64,000 nucleotides of DNA from Planctomycetota bacterium (GTDB lineage Bacteria; Planctomycetota; UBA1135; UBA2386), in the NCBI GenBank assembly GCA_046290465.1, contig JBKAGP010000001.1, positions 3,072,001 through 3,136,000 on the forward strand. The letters run 5' to 3'. How positions within the stretch are numbered: position 1 is the stretch's first letter; every line of letters starts with the position of its first letter. A program made the position numbers and the translations under genes. Below are positions 34,882 through 45,557 of this stretch, one piece after another. The notes under the pieces are model-generated. The model was not told where the DNA came from, ran no database searches, and saw only the letters and a program-made list of their open reading frames with translations.

Positions 34882-37572
34882 TCAGTCGAGGAACAGGAAC
34901 TCGTTGCTGTTGAGCAAGACCAGGCAGCAGCGCTGCAGCGCCTGCGCCTCGGTGCGGCCGAAGTCGCGGCAGAGGTCGGACGCCAGCACCAGCAGGCGGC
35001 GCACGTCGGTGTCGCGCGCCGGACGCTGGCTGATCAGTTCGAGGCCGCGGCGCAGGCGACCCTCCAGGTCCTTCGCTTCGCGCGTCAGCCGCTGCGCGAA
35101 CAGCTCGGCCTGCAGGTTGGCAAAGTCGCCGTTGATCATCGACAGCGCCTGCGTCGGCTGCACCGTCGCGAACCGCACCGGGCAGCTGGTGTCGGTGTCG
35201 GCACGGTCGAACGAAGCCAGCAGCGGCTCCGGCAGCGAGCGCTTGACGTGCACGAACAGGCTGCGCCGCGCGGCCTGCTCGGGCGACGAACGCCCCCATG
35301 CCGCGTCCGGCCGCGACGCCGTCGCCAGCACCGCCTTGGGCAGCGGCGGGTAGATGCTCGGGCCGCCGCGCTCGAGGTTGAGCGTGCCGTTGACCGACAG
35401 GATCGAGTCGCGCACCTCCTCGGCCGTCAGGCGGCGCCGGTCGAAGCGCCAGAAGCCGTCGTTGAGCGGGTCGTCGGCGAGCCCCTTGGCGTTGGCCTGC
35501 GACGACATCCGGTAGGTCGACGACAGCACGATCAGCCGGTGCATCGCCTTCAGGCTCTGCCCCTGCTCGAGCACTTCACAGGCGAGCCAGTCGAGCAGCT
35601 GCGGGTGCGTCGGACGGTCGCCGAGCCGGCCGAAGTCGTTCGACGAACGCACGATCCCGCGGCCGAAGTGATGCTGCCAGATCCGGTTCGCGATCACGCG
35701 CCAGGTCAGGCGGTTGTCGGGGCGGGTGATCCAGCTGGCGAGCGCGAGGCGACGGCCGCTGGTCTCCTCGGTCGGTTCCGGAGCCAGCAACTCGGCGGCG
35801 CCGAGCATCGACGGCACGCCGAGCTCGACCTGCGGTCCCTTGACGTGCACGTTGCCGCGCATGCGCACGACCGGCTGCGGCGCTTCACGCCCCTGCTCGC
35901 GCACGGCGAGCACCTCCACCGTCGCGATCGCAGGCCGTTCCAGCTCGTTGAGGCGCTCGAGCAACTCCGGGTCCTGGAAGCCGTTCTTCGACGTGATCGC
36001 GACGTCGTGCTGCAGGCACAGCAGTTCGGCCTGGGACAGCGCGCGGCTGTGGATGCGGATCTCGTCGAGGTCGCCGCGGAAGCCGCGGCCGCCGGGGCGC
36101 ATGCGGCCGACGAAGATCGAGTCCGCCGACGTCAGCGATCGCTGCGAACCGACCGCCTCCCCGACCCGCCGGCCGTCGACGTAGAGGGCGATCCTGCCGG
36201 TCTCCTTGCTGCGCGTGAACGCGACGAAGTGCCACTCGCCGTCGTGGTGGCCCGGCTCGGAGCTGACGAACGTCTCGGGATTGCCGGTACCCGCAGCGAT
36301 CACGCCGTCGCCGATCCACGAGATGCCCCAGTCGTCGACGACGCCGGGCACCTCCATGTCGACCAGGCCCGTGCCGGTGTGCCAGCGGCCGTTGCGGTTG
36401 CTGCCGCGGCCGCGCTCCTTGGAACGCACCCAGAAGCTGACGGTGAACGAATCCTCGACGCAGCGCGGCAGCACCGCGTGGTCGTCGCCATCGAACCGCA
36501 GCGCCTGGCCGGCGCGGCCCGGGATCTGCACGATCTGCCCGACCGCCTCGCCCTTCGTGCCGTGCTCGCTCGCATCGAGCAGTTCGGTCGGGCTCGCGAC
36601 GTCGCCCGAGTAGTAGGCCACCAGCGAGGAATCCGCCGGCGGGGTCTGGGCCGCGTTCGTCGACCGCACCGAGTCGGCGCACTGCCGCAGCTCGCGGCGG
36701 ATGCGTCGGCGCTGCTGTTGCCAGCGATCCATCGCCGCCTCGTAGCGCGTCTTCGCGCCGTCCTGCGGCAGCGCGCGCGCCTTCTTGTCGTACGGCGCGA
36801 TGTTCTCGAAGTAGCCGAGGAACGCGTGGTACTCCTTCTGCGGCAGCGGGTCCTTCTTGTGGTCGTGGCAGCGCGCGCAGCCCATCGAGATCGCCAGCAT
36901 CGAGCGCGCGGTCGTGTCGGCGATGCCGTCGAGGTCGTCGTAGCGGTGCTGCTCGCGATCGGTCGGCTCGTCGTCCCAGATGCCGAGCCGGTAGTAGCCG
37001 GTCGCGACGTGGTCGGCGACCTTGGCGTCCGGCAGCTCGTCGCCCGCCAGCTGGCTGGTGACGAACTTGCCGTACGGCATGTCCTGGTTGAACGCGTCGA
37101 CGACCCAGTCGCGATAGCGCCACACGAACGGCTTCTTGGAGTCGCGTTCGTAGCCGTCGGTCTCGCCGTAGCGCACCACGTCGAGCCAGTGCTGCGCCCA
37201 CTTGACGCCGTACTGCGGCGAGCTGAGCAGCCGGTCGACGACCTGCTCGTAGGCGTCGTCCGACGTGTCCGCGACGAACGCGTCGATCTCGGCCTGCGTC
37301 GGCGGCAGACCCGTCAGGTCGTAGGTGATCCGGCGCAGCAGCGTGTGGCGATCGGCTTCCTTGGCGGGCCGCAGCCCGCGGCGTTCGAGGCCGGCCAGCA
37401 CGAACGCGTCGATCGGCGAGCGCGCCCACTGCGGGTCCTGGACCTCGGGCGTCGCCGGGCGTTCGAGCGGCCGGTAGGCCCACCAGCCATCGGCGGATCC
37501 GCTCGGGTCCTGCGCGCCGGCCGTGGCGACGAACAGCGCGGGAAGCGAGCCAACGAGGATGCGACGCAGCAT
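34882..37572 (-). CDS. DUF1549/DUF1553 (PSCyt2/PSD1) protein with a LamG-like insertion
   Basis: PIDAFV, WAQHWLDVVRYGET, CARCHDHK (CxxCH), LamG-like WHFVAFTR/GDLDEIRI, NRIWQHHFGRG, PTQAL. Confidence 0.92.
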   Translation of the reverse strand: MLRRILVGSLPALFVATAGAQDPSGSADGWWAYRPLERPATPEVQDPQWARSPIDAFVLAGLERRGLRPAKEADRHTLLRRITYDLTGLPPTQAEIDAFVADTSDDAYEQVVDRLLSSPQYGVKWAQHWLDVVRYGETDGYERDSKKPFVWRYRDWVVDAFNQDMPYGKFVTSQLAGDELPDAKVADHVATGYYRLGIWDDEPTDREQHRYDDLDGIADTTARSMLAISMGCARCHDHKKDPLPQKEYHAFLGYFENIAPYDKKARALPQDGAKTRYEAAMDRWQQQRRRIRRELRQCADSVRSTNAAQTPPADSSLVAYYSGDVASPTELLDASEHGTKGEAVGQIVQIPGRAGQALRFDGDDHAVLPRCVEDSFTVSFWVRSKERGRGSNRNGRWHTGTGLVDMEVPGVVDDWGISWIGDGVIAAGTGNPETFVSSEPGHHDGEWHFVAFTRSKETGRIALYVDGRRVGEAVGSQRSLTSADSIFVGRMRPGGRGFRGDLDEIRIHSRALSQAELLCLQHDVAITSKNGFQDPELLERLNELERPAIATVEVLAVREQGREAPQPVVRMRGNVHVKGPQVELGVPSMLGAAELLAPEPTEETSGRRLALASWITRPDNRLTWRVIANRIWQHHFGRGIVRSSNDFGRLGDRPTHPQLLDWLACEVLEQGQSLKAMHRLIVLSSTYRMSSQANAKGLADDPLNDGFWRFDRRRLTAEEVRDSILSVNGTLNLERGGPSIYPPLPKAVLATASRPDAAWGRSSPEQAARRSLFVHVKRSLPEPLLASFDRADTDTSCPVRFATVQPTQALSMINGDFANLQAELFAQRLTREAKDLEGRLRRGLELISQRPARDTDVRRLLVLASDLCRDFGRTEAQALQRCCLVLLNSNEFLFLD

Positions 37573-37666
37573 GGGACGCAGAGGGTAAGGAACGACACCG
37601 GACCGTGACAAGGCGCCTGCTTCGCGCGATCTCGCTGGCCGTATGCTGCTCGCGAGGAGGCCTGCC

Positions 37667-40090
37667 ATGAACCGCGCCCTGCCCGTCGCCGTCGTCCTGC
37701 TGCTCGCCGTGTTCGCCGCCGGCGGCTGGTGGTTGCTGCAACCGCCCGCCGATCTGCCGGCCCCCACTCCCGACTCCGGCCCGGCCCCCGCCGCTGCGAA
37801 CGCGCAACGCGAACACGACCGGGCCGCGAGCGTCGCGCCGGACGAGGCGCCCACCATCGAACGGGTGCGCGCGCAGGCCGAAGATGCGCACGACAACGCC
37901 GGCAACGGCCTGCTGCGCGTCGTTGCGACGTGGGACGGCGAACCGGCGCCCGGCGTGCTGGTGTCGCTGCGCTCGTCCGCGCCCGAGCACGCCTACCGGG
38001 TGCGGGAACAGAAGTTGACCAACGACGAGGGGCAGATGACGTTCGCCGACGTCGCGCCGGGCAAGTGGAGCCTGCGCTCCGACCGCGGCGATCGCCATCG
38101 CCTCGACGTCGTGCCCGGGCCGCAGGACGTCGCATTCGAACTCGATGCGGGCGTCGCGGTGCACGGCGTCGTCGCCGATCCCGAGGACCGGCCGGTGGCC
38201 GGCTCGTCGGTCTGGTTACAAACGCGCGACACCGGTTGGGCGGGCGGACGCGTGCTCACGGCGACCGACGCCGACGGCCGCTTCCGGCTCACCCACGTGC
38301 CGCCGCACCTGTCGCTCGGCGCGTTGGCCAACGGCTTCGCGCCGTCGCCGCTGGTCGACCTCGACACGGTCGACACCTCGGCTCCGCCGGCACAGGTCAC
38401 GCTGCGCCTCGCCGACCGCGGCGGCCGCATCGTCGGTGTCGTCGTCGACCAACGGGACCGCCCCGTCGCTGGCGCGCGCGTCGGCGCCGGCCGCAACGGC
38501 AGGCACCTCGACATGCGCGGCATGCGGGTCATCGAGCGCTGGTCGATCCGTTCGACGCAGACCGACCAACAGGGCCGGTTCACGCTGACCAGCATGCCGC
38601 TCGGGGAGACCCCGATCGCGTGCGCCGCCAAGGGTCACGGCATCTGGCGTTCCCGGTGCGAGGTCGTGGCAGCGAACCCGACCGAGCTGCGCATCGAACT
38701 GCAGCGCGCCGGCACGATCCACGGCACCGTCACCGACGGCGACGGCTCCCCGCTCGCCGGCGCGCTGGTGCGCGCCTACGAGAGCGAGCCCGGGCTCAGC
38801 TTCCTCGCCGGTGGCCAGATCGACTGGGACGAGATGTTCGGCTACTCCGCCGCGGTCACCGACGCCGACGGCCGCTACGAGATCGAGGAGGTCACCGCCG
38901 GCACCGCGCACGTGTTCGCACAACCCGGCGGCCGCAGCTTCTTCGACGGGCCGGTCCCGCACGCCCGCACCGAGCTCGAGGTGCCGCCTGCGGGCCGGGT
39001 CGAGTGGAGCCCCGCGGTCACCGAGGGGCGCGTCGTCGAAGGCGTCGTCTACTACCGCGACGGGCACCCGATGAAGAACGTGTTTGTCACGCTGACCGAC
39101 GAGCGCAGCGGCAAACAGCACACCCAGACCAACAACGACGAAGGCGTGTTCCGGTTCGTCAACCTAGACGACTCGAGCTACACGGCGCGCGTGCAGATGT
39201 GGGACGCGCCGAAGGACGCACCGCCGCTGCAGGCGTCGGGCCTGCGTCCAGATCGCGGCCGCGCCGAGCTGCGCGCGACGCACGACAAGCCGGTCAAGAA
39301 GGCGCCGGGCACGGTGATCGGCCGCATCGACGACCCGGGTCTGCGCATCCGCAATCCCAAGGCCGTCACGGTGACGCTGTCGTCGGCAGAGCGCTGGTTC
39401 CGCGACGGCGGCAAGATCGTCGACGGCGCGTTCCGGTTCGAGCGCGTCACGCCGTGCCGGTTCCGCCTGACGCTGATGGAGAACGAGGCCGTGCTGGCCC
39501 ACAGCGACTGGTTCGAACTCGAAGCCGGCGCGCAGCTCGACACCGGCGTGCTGCGCACGGTGCCCGGCGGCAGCGTGCGGATCTCGGCGCAGCGCGACGC
39601 GGGCGCGAACGACATCGCGCCGACGCTGTACCTGCGCCACGACGAGGCGCCGCGCAGCACCTCGGTCGCGCTCGAAGGAGACGAGGCGCTGGTCGACAAC
39701 CTCACCCCCGGCCACTACCAGGTCACCGGCTACGGCAAGGGCCTGGTCGCGATCAAGGGCGAGGTCACGGTCGAGGCCGGGCGGGTCGCGACGCTGCCGC
39801 TGCGGCTGCAGGGCGGCACGCTGACCCGGTTCTCGATCTGGGTGCCGACCGGCGAAGCGGTCGAGGACTACGTCTACCGGATCGTTACCGCCGACGGCGC
39901 CGTGTTCCGCGAGGTCCGCAGCGGCTTCGGATCGGCGCCGACGCGGCCGTTCCCGGTCGCGGTGACGATCCCGCCAGGTCGCTACACGATGGAGTTCCGG
40001 GCGCAGGAGGTGCTGGTCGGCACCGCCACGTTCACGGTCGGCCCGGAGCCGACCGAAGACCGGATCCGCATCGACCTGAAGCGCGACTGA
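37667..40090 (+). CDS. Membrane-anchored protein with multiple carboxypeptidase-regulatory-like beta-sandwich repeats
   Basis: GAGGAGG RBS, N-terminal TM, repeated G.V.D..G.P.AGA.V ... TD.DGRF motifs. Confidence 0.82.
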   Translation: MNRALPVAVVLLLAVFAAGGWWLLQPPADLPAPTPDSGPAPAAANAQREHDRAASVAPDEAPTIERVRAQAEDAHDNAGNGLLRVVATWDGEPAPGVLVSLRSSAPEHAYRVREQKLTNDEGQMTFADVAPGKWSLRSDRGDRHRLDVVPGPQDVAFELDAGVAVHGVVADPEDRPVAGSSVWLQTRDTGWAGGRVLTATDADGRFRLTHVPPHLSLGALANGFAPSPLVDLDTVDTSAPPAQVTLRLADRGGRIVGVVVDQRDRPVAGARVGAGRNGRHLDMRGMRVIERWSIRSTQTDQQGRFTLTSMPLGETPIACAAKGHGIWRSRCEVVAANPTELRIELQRAGTIHGTVTDGDGSPLAGALVRAYESEPGLSFLAGGQIDWDEMFGYSAAVTDADGRYEIEEVTAGTAHVFAQPGGRSFFDGPVPHARTELEVPPAGRVEWSPAVTEGRVVEGVVYYRDGHPMKNVFVTLTDERSGKQHTQTNNDEGVFRFVNLDDSSYTARVQMWDAPKDAPPLQASGLRPDRGRAELRATHDKPVKKAPGTVIGRIDDPGLRIRNPKAVTVTLSSAERWFRDGGKIVDGAFRFERVTPCRFRLTLMENEAVLAHSDWFELEAGAQLDTGVLRTVPGGSVRISAQRDAGANDIAPTLYLRHDEAPRSTSVALEGDEALVDNLTPGHYQVTGYGKGLVAIKGEVTVEAGRVATLPLRLQGGTLTRFSIWVPTGEAVEDYVYRIVTADGAVFREVRSGFGSAPTRPFPVAVTIPPGRYTMEFRAQEVLVGTATFTVGPEPTEDRIRIDLKRD

Positions 40091-40102
40091 CGCTGCCGCG
40101 GC

Positions 40103-42331
40103 TCACCGCGGCTCGTCCGCCGCGGCTGCGTCGCCCTCGCCGGACTCGGCGTCCTCGACGAGGCGCTTGAGCGCGACCATGCGCGGGTTGCGCGCATCGG
40201 CGCCGGCCGCCCAGGCGCGCTTCAGGCTCTCGCGCGCGTGCTCGAACTTGCCGACCGCGACTTCGGCGTAGGCCAGGTTGGCGTGCAGCTCCGGCGGCGC
40301 CCCGACGCCGGCCGAACCGGCGAGCAGTTCGCGCGCCTTCTCCGGTTCGTCGAGCGCCAGCCACGACGCACCGAGGTTGGCCGCCGTCAGCATCGTGTTG
40401 CCGAGTTCGTGCGCCCGCGTGAAGTAGCGGTGCGCGGCGAACGCGGCGCCGGCGTTCATCTCCAGCGTGCCGCGCGCGGTCAGGGCGACCACGTCCTCGC
40501 CGTTGCGCGCGATCGCCGCGTCGAGCAGCCGCCGCGCCCGCTGGCGGTGGCCGCGACGCTCGTAGAGCACACCGGCCGAGACCATCGCGTCGGTCCTGGT
40601 CGGGTGCAGTTCGAGCGCGCGCTCGAGGTCGCCGAGCGCGATCGCCACGTTGCCCTTGTCGAGCTCGGCCTGGGCCCGACGGATCAGGTGGTCGGCGAGC
40701 CCCTTGCGCGTCACGGTCATGCCCGCCTCGGCCGGCAACTCCTGCGGCGCACGGTCCGGCACGCGCACGTTCGGCGTGTCGGCAGCCTGCGCGTCGCCCT
40801 GCAACGAGCCGCCGCTCCAGTCCTCGGGGCGCGAGTGGTCGAGATGGATCGGGTTCCACTGGAAGCCGCGACGCAGCGTGACGAGGCGGTGCGCGCCCCG
40901 TTCGACCTCTTCGTCGATCCAGGTGTCGTCGAGCACGCGCGGCACCAGCACGATCATCAGCTCGACCTCGGTGCGCTCCTGGACCGTGCTCGAGAACAGC
41001 TGGCCCGCCCACGGAATGTCCATCAGGAACGGCAGGCCGGCGCGCGTCTCGGTCTTGCGCGTGCTGCGCAGGCCGCCGAGCGCGATCGCCTGGCCGTCGG
41101 CGACGCGCACCGTGGTGGTCGCGTCCCGTTCGCTGACGATCGGCACGGTGACCAGGCCGTCCGGCGTCACCGCCGTGCCGATCTGTTCGCGCACCGACGG
41201 CGTCACCGACACCGACAGCAGGCCGTCCTCTCCGATCAGCGGCAGCACCTGCAGCTGCACGCCGGTCTCGACGAACTCGACCGAGAACTGCGTCTGCGCG
41301 ACGCCGGTCGTGGTGAACACCTCGCGCACGATGTACGGCACCTGGTTGGTGACCGAGATCGACGCGGGCTGGTTGTTGAGCGTCGAGACGCGCGGACTCG
41401 ACAGCACGCGCACCTGCCCCTGCTGCTCGAGCGCGTCGACGAACACCGAGAAGTCGTTGTTGTCGAGGATGCCGAACGTGAACGCGGTGCCGCCCGACGC
41501 GGCGGTCTGCGCGACCACGGCGCCGCCCGGCGCCAGGCCGGTCTTGTTGCTGTCGAACACGTTCGGCAGCAGGCCCCAGTTGACGCCGAGGCTGTACTCG
41601 TCGTCGAGGCGCACCTCGAGCACGCGGGCCTCGAGCGACACCTGTCGGTTGGCGCGGTCGAGCGTGGTGTCGACCATCTCGCGCAGGCGGCGCACGCGGC
41701 TCGGCGAGCCCTCGACGTGCAGCGCCGACGCCGCGCGGTTGATCACCGCGGTCGCCTCTTCGCCGAGCACGGTCGGCAGGCTCTCTTCGAGGTCGTCCCA
41801 GAAGCTGCTCTGGTTGCCACCCTGCGCTCCGCCCTGCTGCGCGCCGCCCTGTGCGCCGCCCTGGCCGCCCTGCTGGTTCTGCTGCGCGGTCGCGTCGATC
41901 AGGTCGATCTTGATCGTCTCGCGGACCGTGTCCTTGATGCGCAGGAAGCTGCCGTCCCACTCGTAGGCCAGATCGAGGCTCTCGAGCAGCGCCTCGAACG
42001 CCTCCTCGACCGTCGAGCGCTTGATGTCGAACGTGCAGTCGACCGCCTGCACGTCGGGCTCGATCACCAGGTTGATGTCCGAATCCTTGAACAGCGCCAG
42101 CAGCACGTCGCCGACCGGCGTCTCGCGAGCCTGCAGCGCATCCATCGGCCGACCGACGGAGCCGTTGGTGGTCTCGAGTTCGGGCAGCGGCACGACCAGC
42201 ATCGGCTGGAACACCGGCGCCGAGGCGCCGTCCCGGTGGTCGAGGCGCGCCGGCGAGGCGCCGCCCGAGGTGTGACAGGCGGACGCGGCGACCACCGCGG
42301 CGACCGCCAGACAAGAACGCAACTTCGCCAT
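40103..42331 (-). CDS. Lipoprotein secretin (MshL/GspD-like) with C-terminal TPR domain
   Basis: Lipobox ASAC; RQVSLEARVLEV, GVNW, VLSSPRVSTLNNQPA, IALGGL, LPFLMDIP, ELMIVLVPRV; then TPRs. Confidence 0.88.
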   Translation of the reverse strand: MAKLRSCLAVAAVVAASACHTSGGASPARLDHRDGASAPVFQPMLVVPLPELETTNGSVGRPMDALQARETPVGDVLLALFKDSDINLVIEPDVQAVDCTFDIKRSTVEEAFEALLESLDLAYEWDGSFLRIKDTVRETIKIDLIDATAQQNQQGGQGGAQGGAQQGGAQGGNQSSFWDDLEESLPTVLGEEATAVINRAASALHVEGSPSRVRRLREMVDTTLDRANRQVSLEARVLEVRLDDEYSLGVNWGLLPNVFDSNKTGLAPGGAVVAQTAASGGTAFTFGILDNNDFSVFVDALEQQGQVRVLSSPRVSTLNNQPASISVTNQVPYIVREVFTTTGVAQTQFSVEFVETGVQLQVLPLIGEDGLLSVSVTPSVREQIGTAVTPDGLVTVPIVSERDATTTVRVADGQAIALGGLRSTRKTETRAGLPFLMDIPWAGQLFSSTVQERTEVELMIVLVPRVLDDTWIDEEVERGAHRLVTLRRGFQWNPIHLDHSRPEDWSGGSLQGDAQAADTPNVRVPDRAPQELPAEAGMTVTRKGLADHLIRRAQAELDKGNVAIALGDLERALELHPTRTDAMVSAGVLYERRGHRQRARRLLDAAIARNGEDVVALTARGTLEMNAGAAFAAHRYFTRAHELGNTMLTAANLGASWLALDEPEKARELLAGSAGVGAPPELHANLAYAEVAVGKFEHARESLKRAWAAGADARNPRMVALKRLVEDAESGEGDAAAADEPR

Positions 42332-42993
42332 CACTTCCCTTCCTCCGATCCTGGTGGTTCGTTGGCGCCGACCGAGCCGGTCGCGCTCTCGCCCGACGGC
42401 CCCGCATCGCGGCTGGCCTCGAGGCGGCGCAGCTCCTGCTCCACGCGGAACTCGCGCGGCGCCGAGCCGTCGAGGTCGTAGGTCAGCGCACGGCTCTGCC
42501 AGAGCAGGCGCACCACGCCCGGTTCGATCGACAGCACCGTGCCGCCTCCGACCCGATCGCCGACGCCGACGACGACGCCGCCGAGCACCGCACGGCGCGA
42601 CCGTTCGCTGACCATCACGACCCCGAGCCGCAGCTGCGGCGGATCGTCGCCGACCCAGCGGCTGGCACGCGGCGCGACCTCGCCCGCCGGCGCGGCAGCG
42701 ACCAGCTGCGCGTCGGGCATCGCCGCGAACACGGGCCGCACCGGCTGTGCCGCGTCGTACGAGCCGTGGCGCGCGAGCAGGTCCCGCCAGACGACGTCCT
42801 CCTGCTGCACCTCGCCGTCGTCCTCGAGTTCGAGGTCGCCTTCGTCGATGCCGATCAGGCTGGCGAACTCCTTGGCGGAGTCGCCGGCGAACAGGCCGAG
42901 CGAGTTGGCGACGAAGGCGCTGCTGCCGAGCAGGATCAGCACCGCCAGCAGCGGATGCATGCCCTTCTTCCGGGTCCTGTTGCGGCGGCTCAT
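42331..42993 (-). CDS. Pilus/T2SS accessory protein (MshK/PilP/GspC-like)
   Basis: N-terminal TM; LRLGVVMVSERSRRAVLGG..VGVGDRVGGGTVLSI beta domain; lies directly upstream of the secretin. Confidence 0.6.
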   Translation of the reverse strand: MSRRNRTRKKGMHPLLAVLILLGSSAFVANSLGLFAGDSAKEFASLIGIDEGDLELEDDGEVQQEDVVWRDLLARHGSYDAAQPVRPVFAAMPDAQLVAAAPAGEVAPRASRWVGDDPPQLRLGVVMVSERSRRAVLGGVVVGVGDRVGGGTVLSIEPGVVRLLWQSRALTYDLDGSAPREFRVEQELRRLEASRDAGPSGESATGSVGANEPPGSEEGK

Positions 42994-43499
42994 CGCTGCT
43001 CTCCTTGGTGGTAGGTCGCAAGGCCGAACTCGAACGCGACCTGGTCGCCGCCGGCCGGCGTCACCCGGCCGGTCTCGAGCACCATCAGGCGCTGGCTGCG
43101 CTCGACCGCGGCGACGAAGGCCGCCACCTGGCCGGCGGTCGCATGCCCGCGGAGCAGGAACGGCTGCTTGCCCGCCTGGGCCGAACGCACCGCCTTCTGG
43201 GTGTCGAACGTCAGCCCGACCTCGTCGCCGATCACCTGCAGCTGCTGCAGCGTCTGCACGACCTCAGGCCCCTCGAGCAGCTGCCAGGCCGGCTGCCTGG
43301 ACTCCGGACGCACCGGCTGTTCGGAGCGCTGCGCCTGCTCGTAGCTCTCCTCGAGCTGCTCCAGACGCTCTCGTTCCGCCTCGAGCTGGTCCTGCAGCGA
43401 ACGTCGCGACAGATGCGCGACCCCGGCGAGGCCGCCCTGCAGCACGCCGAACGCGATCGCCGCGATCACGACGACCTTCTTGCCATCGAAGCCACTCAT
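42990..43499 (-). CDS. PilO/GspM-like inner-membrane platform protein
   Basis: TM, coiled coil, ferredoxin-like C-terminus; ATGA-coupled within the operon. Confidence 0.6.
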   Translation of the reverse strand: MSGFDGKKVVVIAAIAFGVLQGGLAGVAHLSRRSLQDQLEAERERLEQLEESYEQAQRSEQPVRPESRQPAWQLLEGPEVVQTLQQLQVIGDEVGLTFDTQKAVRSAQAGKQPFLLRGHATAGQVAAFVAAVERSQRLMVLETGRVTPAGGDQVAFEFGLATYHQGEQR

Positions 43500-44908
43500 T
43501 GGTTCCTCCACGCGAGGCTGATCCGGAAGCGGATGTGGTTGGGCCTGCCGAGCACCTCGCTGACCTCCTCCTGGCCGCGCGCCTCGAGGTAGGGCAGCGC
43601 GTGCACCTTGTCGGTGAACTCGGCCATCGTCGCGAGCGCGAGCTGCCGCGTGCGGGCCTCGACGTGGCCCGAGACGACCACCGGGCTCTTGCTGGCGAAC
43701 TGGATCTCCTCGAGATGGAGCTCGCCGCCGCAGCTGTTGCTGATCTCGGCCAGCAGCCTGCTGATCGGCCGCCGCATCGACAACGCCCGCTGCAGCTCGG
43801 GAGCGGGCGCAGCGTCGCCGCCGTCCCGCGCGAACGACAGCTCGTCGATCTGCATCTGCAGCTCGTCGCACTGCGAGCAGACCGCATCGGCCTGGTCGCG
43901 CGCCGACAGCCACGCGGAGCCGTCGACGACCGCGCTGTAGCTGGCGATCACGCCGAGCGACGCAGCCGCCAACACCGCCGCGACGCGACCGCCGCCCATC
44001 GGCAGGCGCAGCTGCGGTGGGTCGAGCAACGACGGCAGGCGCGCGCCGTCGGCGAGCCGTTCGAGCAGCGTCGCGAGCCCCAGGCTCGGCATCGACAGCC
44101 CTTCGTCGCAGACGATCGCCGGCCCGGCACGGCGGATCTCGCCGGTCTCGTCGTTGGCCAGCATGGCGAGCGACTCGTCGTCGAGCCCGACCCGGGTGCC
44201 GACCAGCAGGTGCCGGGGCAGCGGCTGGCCGGTCTCGCGCAGCCAGTCGAGCGTGCGCGGCAGCTCCATCGCGAGCTGGGTCATCAGCGCCGCGACGTTC
44301 TGTTCGCCGCCGGCGCCGATCAGGAAGCGACGCACCTGGATCGGCGTCTGGTCGACGCACAGCACGTAGCGGGCACGTCCGCCGCTGCACTCGAGCACGG
44401 CGACCGGCTCGGTGAAGTCCGCGTCACAGGCCATCGCCATGCACGACTCCATCGTGTGCAGGCCGAGCACCTTCATGCCGTTCTCCTCGAACGCCGCAGC
44501 GAGCGGCGCCCACACCGAACGCGACAGCGCCGACGTGCCGAGCAGCATCTTGTTGCCGGCCAGCCGGCGGACCAGGCGGGTCGCGACCAGCACGTCGTCG
44601 GCCGACGGCAGATTGGTCAGGCGCAAGGCCTCGCGCGTCACGAACGACACCGCGTCCTTCGACGCCGATCGCGGCAACGTGCTCAGGAAGTGGCGGGCGC
44701 GGCGGTCCCCGATGACGACGTGCACACCTTCGGCGCCCTGCAGCATCTCGCCGGTCACGCCGCGCAGCGCGTTGCGCACGGTCTCGCGGCCGAGATCGGG
44801 CAGCGGCATGCGCAGCTGCCGCAGCAGGCGCGTGCGGTTGCCGTCGCGCGCGCCGACGACGACGTTCAGCGTGCCTTCTTCGAGTTCGAGGATCGCGTGC
44901 GTCTTCAT
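43496..44908 (-). CDS. PilM-PilN (GspL-like) fusion protein
   Basis: Cytoplasmic actin-like N-region, TM, coiled coil, PilN-like C-terminus (LHLEEIQF..VVVSGHV). Confidence 0.65.
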   Translation of the reverse strand: MKTHAILELEEGTLNVVVGARDGNRTRLLRQLRMPLPDLGRETVRNALRGVTGEMLQGAEGVHVVIGDRRARHFLSTLPRSASKDAVSFVTREALRLTNLPSADDVLVATRLVRRLAGNKMLLGTSALSRSVWAPLAAAFEENGMKVLGLHTMESCMAMACDADFTEPVAVLECSGGRARYVLCVDQTPIQVRRFLIGAGGEQNVAALMTQLAMELPRTLDWLRETGQPLPRHLLVGTRVGLDDESLAMLANDETGEIRRAGPAIVCDEGLSMPSLGLATLLERLADGARLPSLLDPPQLRLPMGGGRVAAVLAAASLGVIASYSAVVDGSAWLSARDQADAVCSQCDELQMQIDELSFARDGGDAAPAPELQRALSMRRPISRLLAEISNSCGGELHLEEIQFASKSPVVVSGHVEARTRQLALATMAEFTDKVHALPYLEARGQEEVSEVLGRPNHIRFRISLAWRNQ

Positions 44909-44915
44909 GTCTCCC

Positions 44916-45557
44916 TCAGATCGTGATGTCGTCGGCGGTGCCGAAGACCTGGTCCGGTCCGGCGCTGGCCAGCGTGTGCGTCGCCGCGGTCCACTGCAGC
45001 GTCGTGCCCCAGCCGTCGGCGTCGTAGCTGGCGCCGAGACCGATCGACGCGCGCACCGTCGGCCAGTCGCCCGCGACCGAACCACCGGACTCGATGTGCT
45101 CGGCGAGCAGTTCGACCGCGATGCGCAGCCGCATCCAGGTGCGCCGGGTCCCGGGGACCGCCGCGTGCACGCGCACGACCAGTTCTTCGTTGTTGGCGCC
45201 GTCGTCGACGCCGTTCTCGCCGAGGCTGTAGACCGTCGCGACGCCGCCGGCGACCGAGTAGCGGTACTCCTGGTTGGCGAACGCGTCGAGCACCGCGGTG
45301 TTGCGCGGTCCCGGCTGCAGGTGCACGCCGAAGAAGTCGTTGGCGGTCAGGCTGCCGGGGAACGCGGCCCGGTCGAACCAGTAGGCGTCGAGCGCCTTGC
45401 CGAGTTCGGCCAGTTCGCCGACCGCCTCCTGGCGCCGGTCCGCCTGCACGACCGCACCGGCCAACGGCACCGCGGTGCCCAGCACGATGCCGAGCACGCC
45501 GAGCACGATGATCACTTCGAGCAGCGTGAAGCCGGACTGTCGATCACATGTCGTCAT
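44916..45557 (-). CDS. Type IV prepilin/pseudopilin
   Basis: Class III signal QSG|FTLLEVIIVL; C-terminal DGWG...SAGPDQVFGTADDI. Confidence 0.88.
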   Translation of the reverse strand: MTTCDRQSGFTLLEVIIVLGVLGIVLGTAVPLAGAVVQADRRQEAVGELAELGKALDAYWFDRAAFPGSLTANDFFGVHLQPGPRNTAVLDAFANQEYRYSVAGGVATVYSLGENGVDDGANNEELVVRVHAAVPGTRRTWMRLRIAVELLAEHIESGGSVAGDWPTVRASIGLGASYDADGWGTTLQWTAATHTLASAGPDQVFGTADDITI

